This document shows, in pieces, positions 56,760 through 64,000 of a DNA stretch of 64,000 bases; within the stretch, counting starts at the first letter, position 1, and every line of letters starts with the position of its first letter. Source of the stretch: an uncultured Spirochaetia bacterium (GTDB taxonomy: Bacteria; Desulfobacterota_D; UBA1144; Nemesobacterales; UBA2774); the NCBI GenBank assembly GCA_964586675.1, contig CAZPHQ010000001.1:127385-191384 (forward strand), written 5' to 3'. The notes under the pieces are model-generated. The model was not told the DNA's origin. It saw only the letters and a program-made list of their open reading frames with translations, and ran no database searches. Both the position numbers and the translations under genes were made by a program.

Positions 56760-57872
56760 TCAAATCTCGTCCCTGAAGTCGGTTTTGAACGCTTTTTGCG
56801 AGGCCGAGCGCTCGAGCGCGAGCTCTATGAGCCTCGTTACGAGGCCCCTGAAACTGAGCCCGCTCTCCTGCCAGAGCCGGGGGTACATGCTTATCTGTGT
56901 GAATCCCGGGATCGTGTTTATCTCGCTCACGTAAATCGCCCCAGTGCCCTCCTCGATGAGAAAATCGACCCTCCCGAGGCCGCTGCAGTCAAGCGCCTTG
57001 AACGTTCTGACGGCATAGTCCTGAAGGAGCGCTGTCAGCTCCCCGCCGAGCTCGACGGGGGCGACGAGGCCCGTCCCTTCTTCGAGATACTTGGCCTTGT
57101 AGTCGTAAAATTCCCTGTGCGGTATTATCTCGCCCGCGCACGAAGCCAGCGGCTCTTCGTTCCCGAGTACGCTTATCTCTATCTCGCGCGGATTCGTTAC
57201 GGCCCTTTCAACGATTATACGGTTCGAGAATTTGCAGGCGTAGTCTATGGCCTTTTCGAGCTCGTCCCCGTTTTTCGCCTTCGTTACGCCCACGGAAGAG
57301 CCGAGGTTGGCCGCCTTGACGAAGCACGGCACGCCGAGGACATTCATTACGAGTATGGCGACGCCGTTCCTGTCGGCCTCCCATTCGTGCTTGTAAAATC
57401 CCATGAACTCCGGGACGGGAAGGCCAGAATCCTTGAGCACCGCCTTCATTACTATCTTGTCCATGCCCACGGAAGACCCGAGCACCGACGCGCCGATGTA
57501 GGGGACGCCCATCAGCTCGAAGAGCCCCTGCACGGTGCCGTCTTCTCCGAAGGTGCCGTGAAGGACGGGGAATATAACGTCTATCTTGTGCGAGGCGGCG
57601 AATTTACCGCCGGAGGAGATTTCGAAGAAGAGCGGATCCCCGGAGCCGAGCGAAGGCGTCAGGAACGAGCCCGTTTCGACTTCGAGCTCCCCCCCGCCGA
57701 GCCAGGCGCCGATAGACGCCCGTCTCCATATTCCTTCCTTATCTATAAATACGGGGAATACATCATATTTATCCGTATCCGTATTCGATATTACGGACCT
57801 CGCCGAGACGAGTGAAACCTCGTGCTCCACGGATCTCCCCCCGAAAACGACTCCGACTGTTAATTTTGCCAA
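56760..57872 (-). CDS. ddl: D-alanine--D-alanine ligase
   Basis: VGVVFGGRSVEHEVSLVS, HGTFGEDGTVQGLFELMGVPYIG and an ATP-grasp C-terminus. I place the start at the TTG at 57872 (AAGGGGG RBS). The track ORF extends to 57929. Confidence 0.85.
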   Translation of the reverse strand: MAKLTVGVVFGGRSVEHEVSLVSARSVISNTDTDKYDVFPVFIDKEGIWRRASIGAWLGGGELEVETGSFLTPSLGSGDPLFFEISSGGKFAASHKIDVIFPVLHGTFGEDGTVQGLFELMGVPYIGASVLGSSVGMDKIVMKAVLKDSGLPVPEFMGFYKHEWEADRNGVAILVMNVLGVPCFVKAANLGSSVGVTKAKNGDELEKAIDYACKFSNRIIVERAVTNPREIEISVLGNEEPLASCAGEIIPHREFYDYKAKYLEEGTGLVAPVELGGELTALLQDYAVRTFKALDCSGLGRVDFLIEEGTGAIYVSEINTIPGFTQISMYPRLWQESGLSFRGLVTRLIELALERSASQKAFKTDFRDEI

Positions 57873-58057
57873 GTTGCCCCCTTGTTTTTTCGTTGTACGA
57901 AGCTGAATCCCGCCCGATCGCGGCGGCATCTAACGGGTTACCCAAACCGCTATACCTTGTCAAGACGAAGCCGGTTTCCGTTACTTGCAAATGCAAAGTC
58001 TTAATGTAAAATCCACTCAGCGGATTGGCAGTCAACCTAAAACAGGAGGCGATTCTT

Positions 58058-59254
58058 ATGCAGAAAGTAGTTCTGAGCGAACCGTTAAGGACTGCAATCG
58101 GGGCATTCGGCGGAACGTTGAAAGATACGAGCTCCGCGAAGCTGGGCGCCGCGGTTGTAAAGGAGATACTGGACAGGACGGGTATCGACCCGAAAGAGAT
58201 CGACGATTGCATTATGGGCAACATTCTCGGTGCGGGTCAGGGAATGAACGTATCGAGGCAGATATCCATCGAAGCGGGTCTGCCAGTGGAGACGCCGGCG
58301 GTAACCATTAACCGCGTCTGTGGCTCGGGAGTGCAGTCGGTAGCGCTCGCCGCGCAGGCGATAAAGGCGGGAGACTCGGAAGCCATAATCGCGGGCGGCA
58401 CCGAGAACATGAACCTCGCCCCCTTCTATCTTCCCAAGGCGCGCTACGGCTACAGGATGGGGATGCCGAAAGACGAGATAGTCGACGGCATGGTGTACGA
58501 CGGCCTCTGGGACATATTCAACGATTACCACATGGGAGTCACCGCTGAAAACCTCGCGGAATCCTACAACATTTCGAAAGACGAGCAGGACGAATTCGCT
58601 TACAAGAGCCAGATGAAATGTAAGGCCGCCCAGGACGAGGGCAGGTTCAACGACGAGATAGTGCCGATACTCATCGCGCAGAGAAGGGGCGACCCGCTTC
58701 CTTTCATAAAGGACGAGCATCCGAAGGGCGATACGACTCTCGACGCGCTCAAGGGCCTCCGCCCCGTGTTTAAAGTCGGCGGAACGGTAACGGCGGGAAA
58801 CGCGTCGGGCATCAACGACGGCGCCGCCGCTGTCATAGTGTCCTCCGAGAAAAAGGCCAAGGAGCTCGGCCTCAAGCCCGTAGCCTCGATAGTGTCTTAC
58901 GCTGTCGGCGGCGTCGATCCCTCGATAATGGGCATCGGGCCGGTTCCGGCCATACAGAAGGCGCTCGACAAGGCCAAGCTCTCGCTCGACGACATAGACC
59001 TCTTCGAGTTAAACGAGGCCTTCGCCGCGCAGTCGCTGGCGGTGCTGAGAGACCTCCCGATACCCGAAGAGAAGATAAACGTGAACGGCGGAGCGATAGC
59101 CCTAGGTCACCCGATAGGCGCCTCCGGAACGAGAATACTCGTAACCCTTCTCCACGAGCTCGGCAGGAGAAAGAAGGCCAAGCGCGGCCTCGCGGCTCTT
59201 TGCATAGGCGGCGGCATGGGTATCGCGATTATCGTAGAAAAAGAAAAGAATTAA
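58058..59254 (+). CDS. acetyl-CoA C-acetyltransferase (thiolase II)
   Basis: Trimmed to the ATG at 58058 (AGGAGG RBS). Active-site [27 protein letters not shown] and CIGGGMG motifs. Confidence 0.9.
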   Translation: MQKVVLSEPLRTAIGAFGGTLKDTSSAKLGAAVVKEILDRTGIDPKEIDDCIMGNILGAGQGMNVSRQISIEAGLPVETPAVTINRVCGSGVQSVALAAQAIKAGDSEAIIAGGTENMNLAPFYLPKARYGYRMGMPKDEIVDGMVYDGLWDIFNDYHMGVTAENLAESYNISKDEQDEFAYKSQMKCKAAQDEGRFNDEIVPILIAQRRGDPLPFIKDEHPKGDTTLDALKGLRPVFKVGGTVTAGNASGINDGAAAVIVSSEKKAKELGLKPVASIVSYAVGGVDPSIMGIGPVPAIQKALDKAKLSLDDIDLFELNEAFAAQSLAVLRDLPIPEEKINVNGGAIALGHPIGASGTRILVTLLHELGRRKKAKRGLAALCIGGGMGIAIIVEKEKN

Positions 59255-59277
59255 AAAAACTCAGGATTGAAACTTCC

Positions 59278-59305
59278 GGGGAGGGTTTTCCGCCCTCCCC
59301 TTTTT
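59278..59305 (+). terminator. rho-independent terminator after the thiolase gene
   Basis: GGGGAGGG-ttttccg-CCCTCCCC stem-loop followed by TTTTT. Confidence 0.6.
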
Positions 59306-59343
59306 AAACCGTTGTTCTTCCCGGAACTGTTTCAGAATTGTTG

Positions 59344-59817
59344 CTATTTACCGTTTGACGTCGTCCCCGGCTGAATCTCAATAAAATATTCGTCTGGCTC
59401 GAAAAGGCTTTTGAACTTCTCCGGCACAGGCGCAACGGTTCTTTCGGCGTAGCTCATGAACACGATCCCCGTCTTCGCCGTGGCGATCTCTTTGCCCGTT
59501 TCCTTGTTGCCGACCCTATACACGAGATCGCAGCCGTACTTCGTAAAGTCGCATACGGCGATGTCGATAACGACGACGTCGCCGTAAAACCCCTCGGACC
59601 TGTACACCATCGCCACATCCGAGAGTATTATCCCGGGCCCGTCCACCTCGAGCTCCGTGAACCCGAGGCTGTAAAAGAACCTCACCCTCGCCTCGTGAGT
59701 GAGCGACAGTATCGAATCGTGCCCTAGGTGCCCGCCGTAATTTATATCGCTTATGCGGAGCGGTATCTCAGTCGAAAAAACGCTTTTTCCGGGAAATTCC
59801 ATTTTTATCCTGGCCAT
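59344..59817 (-). CDS. hotdog-fold acyl-CoA thioesterase (4HBT/YbgC-like)
   Basis: 157 aa. The pattern RISDINYGGHLGHDSILSLTHEARVRFF is typical of 4HBT-type thioesterases. Confidence 0.7.
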   Translation of the reverse strand: MARIKMEFPGKSVFSTEIPLRISDINYGGHLGHDSILSLTHEARVRFFYSLGFTELEVDGPGIILSDVAMVYRSEGFYGDVVVIDIAVCDFTKYGCDLVYRVGNKETGKEIATAKTGIVFMSYAERTVAPVPEKFKSLFEPDEYFIEIQPGTTSNGK

Positions 59818-59970
59818 GAAGTATCCTTTTTATAGTGAATTGTCACCCGGCCCTTATGACGCGCGCCGGGCGGGATTCGGCGGCGCTTACGGAAAACCGA
59901 GTTGACACACCGCCGGGTCGTTTGCTAAATTTGTATTATACTTATAGAGGTCGTTTCACGCGAATCCGCC

Positions 59971-60522
59971 ATGACCAGAGATAGAATCGACACGGTATCC
60001 ATAAGGTCATACTTCAGCAACCTCGTTAATCTAAGCTTCTTCGATCTCGGAAAAGAAAAGGACAGGGACGCGGCGGAGTATCTCACCGAAATGCTGACCG
60101 GGTTCGCCCGGTCCGAAAGCCTCTACAAGCTCACCGACGACGCCGGGAAGAAAGTGAACACAATAGTCGACATGCTTATCGAGAGCCGGAAGGTCCCGAC
60201 AAAGAACAGCGGCTACCAGAGAGAGGTCAGGAAATATATGGGCGACTTCTCCCTCTTCATGAGCGGCATATTCCGTGACTACGTCAACCGCGGCTCATAC
60301 CTTTCTTACTATATGAACGAGGGGATGAAATCCTACTCGGTCGTATCCATACTCGACCTCGAAAGGGGCGAGGGAAATCCCATAATGTTCAGCAAGCTCG
60401 CCCGCGAGTTCGAGTTTTACTCCGGCGCGCTCGACTACATGCGGAAGGTCTATTTCGGGCCCGAGGTGTCCGCCGACCCGTTCTCGAACCTGGCGCTTCA
60501 CATTTCGCGTCTCGAGCACTGA
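59971..60522 (+). CDS. hypothetical protein
   Basis: 183-aa ORF with ordinary composition. No motif recognised. Confidence 0.55.
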   Translation: MTRDRIDTVSIRSYFSNLVNLSFFDLGKEKDRDAAEYLTEMLTGFARSESLYKLTDDAGKKVNTIVDMLIESRKVPTKNSGYQREVRKYMGDFSLFMSGIFRDYVNRGSYLSYYMNEGMKSYSVVSILDLERGEGNPIMFSKLAREFEFYSGALDYMRKVYFGPEVSADPFSNLALHISRLEH

Positions 60523-60544
60523 TCGCCAAAGATCCAGCGCGGAT

Positions 60545-61594
60545 TTATCCCCTGAAGTATTCCGCTATATCCTTCGAAAGGACCCTGAACGATTTTTCCC
60601 TGTCGGTGCTGAAGTCTCTTATGATGAAATGCTCGACGCCCGCGTCGACGTACTCTTCGAGCTTCTTTGTGACGTCTTCTTTTGAGCCGGCCGCGACGAA
60701 GTCGAGCACAATGTCGCGCGAATAATACTTCTCGCCCATCTCCCTGAACTTCCTCAGCATATCCTGGTCGCCCGGCATTATCTTCGTGTATTCGAGCCCC
60801 TGGTACTCCTCGTCGATTTTTATGTCGTACCCGGCCTGCGCGAGGAGCTCGGGCCATATGAGCGCGTGTTTTACAGGCTCCAGGGACTTGTAGGCCTCGT
60901 CGACGTTTTCCGCGATAGAGGTAAACATGTAGATTATCTTCTCTATGCCTCCGAGGCCTTCGGCCCGCTCGGCCGAGGCTTCGAGAACCGTTTCCAGCTT
61001 GTGCGCGTATAGTGAGGGCGGCATTGCGTTCGTCACCCACCCGTCGCCGTACATCCCCGCTACTCTCAGGGCTCGCGGCCCTGTCGCCGCGACGTATATG
61101 GGGATACGTTTGTCGCGGACGGGCTCGATCCGAAGCTCGGCCTGCCGGAGGCCGTACACCTCGCCCTGAAAATCCACGGGCTCGCCCTTCCAGAGAGAGC
61201 GCATGACCTTTATGGATTCCACGACGCGGGTAAGCGGCCTGTCCCACCTGATGCCGTAGGGGTCGAGGTTCATCTTCTCCCCGTATCCGACGCAGACGAA
61301 GATCCTGCCGTTCGAAACGTGGTCGACCGTCGCGAGACGGTGCGCGAAAACGGCGGGGTGCATGCGGTGAGAGTCGCCGACCGCTCCCATTATTATGCTG
61401 TTCGTTTTCATGGACGCCGCAGTGATCACGGACCACACTTCGGGCGTGAGTCTTTTGGCCATGAAGACGACGTGATCGGGAAACCATACGGTGTCGAAAC
61501 CCGCGTTTTCAGCGTCCGCGGTGAATTTAATCAGGCTCTCGACCGACTCTCCGGGAACCGGAGCCGTGATGCCGAACTTGATTTTCTTTCCCAT
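60545..61594 (-). CDS. LLM-class flavin/F420-dependent oxidoreductase
   Basis: Trimmed to MGKKIKFGI (GGAGG RBS). The AGFDTVWFPDHV pattern fits the luciferase-like family. Confidence 0.85.
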   Translation of the reverse strand: MGKKIKFGITAPVPGESVESLIKFTADAENAGFDTVWFPDHVVFMAKRLTPEVWSVITAASMKTNSIIMGAVGDSHRMHPAVFAHRLATVDHVSNGRIFVCVGYGEKMNLDPYGIRWDRPLTRVVESIKVMRSLWKGEPVDFQGEVYGLRQAELRIEPVRDKRIPIYVAATGPRALRVAGMYGDGWVTNAMPPSLYAHKLETVLEASAERAEGLGGIEKIIYMFTSIAENVDEAYKSLEPVKHALIWPELLAQAGYDIKIDEEYQGLEYTKIMPGDQDMLRKFREMGEKYYSRDIVLDFVAAGSKEDVTKKLEEYVDAGVEHFIIRDFSTDREKSFRVLSKDIAEYFRG

Positions 61595-61754
61595 CTCCAT
61601 ACCTCCGCCAACGTTAATCGGACTGACAGAATTATACACAATTCATTTTGATGTCTTTCTTGATTTTTAGAAATCAAAGGGTTATTATTTCGTACCCAAA
61701 CAATCCAAAACATAATTAAACCACACAAGTGGAAAGAGGCGGAGGGAGCTGGAA

Positions 61755-62006
61755 ATGGAGAGAGTTGAGAGACTCGATAAACTCGAGAAAGAACACGCAA
61801 GCAAGCACGTCGACATAGAATCGAAGAGATTTTTTTTCGACGTAAAGGAAAATCACAAAGGTAAATATCTCAGAATAACGGAGCTCAGCGGCGGCAGGTC
61901 GTGCATAGTAATTCCTCTCGGTGGAATCAGTCTTTTTAAGGAGAGATTAGGGGAAGTGATTGAAGAAGCGGAGAAGCTGATCGAATCACCCGGAGCCGTT
62001 TCCTGA
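61755..62006 (+). CDS. PUR-alpha-like nucleic-acid-binding protein (DUF3276-like)
   Basis: SKRFFFDVKENHKGKYLRITELSGGR matches the PUR repeat signature (sKrfyfDvkeN.rG.ylkI.E). 83 aa. Confidence 0.65.
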   Translation: MERVERLDKLEKEHASKHVDIESKRFFFDVKENHKGKYLRITELSGGRSCIVIPLGGISLFKERLGEVIEEAEKLIESPGAVS

Positions 62007-62200
62007 GTAAAGCAGTATTTCAGGTAAGTCGATAATCCGCATTGCAGCAGTATGCGGACACAATTCCGTCAAAAGAAGAGTAGCGTCTTTAAACGCCCGT
62101 TCGCAAGCGGGCGTTAAACGGCTTTTCGGGCAAGACCCGCAAGCCGAAAATCGCTCTCGTTCCGGATTAAAGTCAATTAAGGCGTGATCAGAGCGGAGCT

Positions 62201-63448
62201 CTACTCGCTCTCCGCTTTAAGAAGGTCTTCGTACGTTTCGCGCTTCCTGACTATAGTAAACGTGCCGCCGTTCACGAGCACCTCCGGCGCGCGCGGGCGC
62301 GTGTTGTAATTGGAAGACATTACGAAGCCATATGCCCCCGCGCTGAGGACGGCGAGAAGGTCCCCGCTTCCGACCGCGGGAAACGGCCTGTCCTTAGCGA
62401 GAAAGTCGCCTGACTCGCAAATCGGGCCGACGACGTCCACCGGCCCCTCGGGCGCCCCTGATTCCCTGACGGTCAGTATCTCGTGGTACGAATCGTAAAA
62501 CGCCGGGCGTATGAGATCGTTCATCGCCGCGTCGACAATGACGAATTTCTTCGCAGTCCCGTCCTTGAGGTAGATAACTTTCGTGAGAAGGAGTCCCGCG
62601 TTTCCTATGAGCGACCTCCCCGGCTCGAGAACGAGCTTGTAGGGCTTGCCCGCGAGGACCGACTTGATGACGGCGGCGTAATCACTTGGCTTCGGAGGCT
62701 TCTCCTCCTTCGTGTAGCTGATCCCGAGGCCGCCGCCTATGTCGATGTATTGTATCTTTGTGCCTGAGGCCGAGAGGTCGTCGGCAAGGGCGACGAGCTT
62801 CTTGAGAGAATCCGTAAACGGCGTCAGGTCGAATATCTGGGAGCCTATGTGGGCGTCTATCGCCACGACCTCAATCCCCTTCATGACGCTCGCCTCTTTG
62901 TATACTTCGGCGGCCCGCCCGATCTCGATCCCGAACTTGCTCTTCTTGAATCCCGTCGAGATGTACGGATGGGTTTTCGGGTCGATATCGGGGTTCACGC
63001 GGAGGGCGACCGGGGCCTTCTTTCCGAGGCCGACTGCGACCTCGTTGAGAAGTCTGAGCTCCTCGACCGACTCGACGTTGAAGAAGAGTATCCCGGCTTC
63101 GAGCGCGGCAGTCATCTCTTCGGCGGTTTTTCCGACCCCCGAGAAGACGACCTTCGACAACTCTCCTCCCGCCTTCCTGACGCGTATAAGCTCCCCTAGA
63201 GAAACAATGTCGAAGCCCGAGCCGAGGTCGGCGAACGACTTCAAAACGGCGAGGTTCGAATTGGCCTTCACGGAATAGCAGATCAGCGTGGCGACGTCCG
63301 AAAAGGCGTCCCTGTAGCTGGTGAACGCATCTTTTAAAGCGGTGTAGCTGTAAACGTAACACGGCGTGCCGACAGATTCCGCGATCCGGGACAGCGCAAC
63401 TTCCTCGGCATAAAATTCGCCGTCATTATAACGAAATGACTCGCCCAT
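62201..63448 (-). CDS. lysA: diaminopimelate decarboxylase
   Basis: PLP-lysine region ICYSVKANSNLAVL, GGGLGISY and CESGD motifs. 415 aa. Confidence 0.9.
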   Translation of the reverse strand: MGESFRYNDGEFYAEEVALSRIAESVGTPCYVYSYTALKDAFTSYRDAFSDVATLICYSVKANSNLAVLKSFADLGSGFDIVSLGELIRVRKAGGELSKVVFSGVGKTAEEMTAALEAGILFFNVESVEELRLLNEVAVGLGKKAPVALRVNPDIDPKTHPYISTGFKKSKFGIEIGRAAEVYKEASVMKGIEVVAIDAHIGSQIFDLTPFTDSLKKLVALADDLSASGTKIQYIDIGGGLGISYTKEEKPPKPSDYAAVIKSVLAGKPYKLVLEPGRSLIGNAGLLLTKVIYLKDGTAKKFVIVDAAMNDLIRPAFYDSYHEILTVRESGAPEGPVDVVGPICESGDFLAKDRPFPAVGSGDLLAVLSAGAYGFVMSSNYNTRPRAPEVLVNGGTFTIVRKRETYEDLLKAESE

Positions 63449-63560
63449 GAAAAGGATTCTCCCGAAATTTTGCTGGAAACAATTTACACGAAATTACCTA
63501 AATGAAAACTGAAAATGCCCGCATCGAGGCCCCTTACTCCGAAAAAGCCCGGGCGGGGTT

Positions 63561-64000
63561 TTAAAGCTCCCCTTTAAGGTGCCTGTCGAGGTAATCGAGC
63601 CTGTCGTTCCCCCAGAACATCTTTTCGCCGACGAATATCGTCGGCGCCCCGAAAGCGCCGCGCGCCGCCGCCCGCGAGGTCTCGTCCTTCAGCCCGTCTT
63701 TTATGTCCTGCTCTACGATCCTGGCCATGAACCATTCCGGATCGATCCCCACCTCGCTCACCGCCGCCCTCAGTATATCATCCTGGCTGAGGTCCTTCCC
63801 CTCCGTCCAGTAGAGCCTGAAGAGGTGATGGTTATAAGTAACTAGGAGTCCTTTTTCCGCCGCAGCGAACGCCCCGCGCATCGCCTTGACGCTCATTAAC
63901 GGAAAGAGCTCGGGAAACTTGAACTCGACACGGTAGTAACGGGCCGTATCGGCGAGGTCCTTTTTAAGATATGCGATCTTGTTCTCGATCTGGACAGCGG
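63561..64000 (-). CDS. 2-hydroxychromene-2-carboxylate isomerase / DsbA-family protein (partial; the N-terminus lies beyond the window edge)
   Basis: My translation shows the frame stays open upstream of the track Met (63896) to the window end (...AVQIENKIAYLKKDLADTARYYRVEFKFPELFPLMSVKAMRG). The C-terminus GAPTIFVGEKMFWGNDRLDYLDRHL is typical of the family. Confidence 0.75.
   Translation of the reverse strand, partial: AVQIENKIAYLKKDLADTARYYRVEFKFPELFPLMSVKAMRGAFAAAEKGLLVTYNHHLFRLYWTEGKDLSQDDILRAAVSEVGIDPEWFMARIVEQDIKDGLKDETSRAAARGAFGAPTIFVGEKMFWGNDRLDYLDRHLKGEL

Overview
The window is a moderately high-GC chromosomal segment, about 57% G+C by hand count on a sampled line. Its gene content looks Gram-negative: an RND efflux operon, a TonB-dependent receptor, and many signal-peptide and lipoprotein genes. 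The backbone encodes ordinary metabolism: pgm and glgP, msrA, ddl, lysA, a thiolase, PPK2 plus Nudix, two LLM/F420-type oxidoreductases and a tricorn-like protease. It also carries three tRNAs (His-GTG, Arg-TCT, Pro-TGG) and three tandem paralogs of a sugar-dehydrogenase/cytochrome c fusion. The stand-out region is a lower-GC island of about 15.7 kb (about 9794-25462) inserted at the 3' end of tRNA-His. It is compositionally mosaic and carries stacked defence-type cargo. That cargo is a conserved 398-aa protein, an Mrr-type nuclease, a type II R-M pair (XamI-like nuclease plus Eco57I-family m6A methylase) and a double zinc-ribbon protein with an Rx4H HEPN-like C-terminus. It also holds a 1274-aa STAND/NACHT-like P-loop NTPase with an unassigned C-terminal region of about 370 aa, and a 321-aa protein with an OmpR-like winged helix. 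The mobility module is a Rep_trans-like protein, an XRE regulator and a large serine recombinase. The recombinase ORF runs into the tRNA and would gain a different 42-aa tail after excision. The best candidates for an undescribed system are the zinc-ribbon/HEPN gene coupled to the R-M operon and the giant NTPase with its downstream partner. All domain calls rest on motifs I read in the translations. No database search was possible, so family names are hypotheses to confirm with HMM or structure searches.
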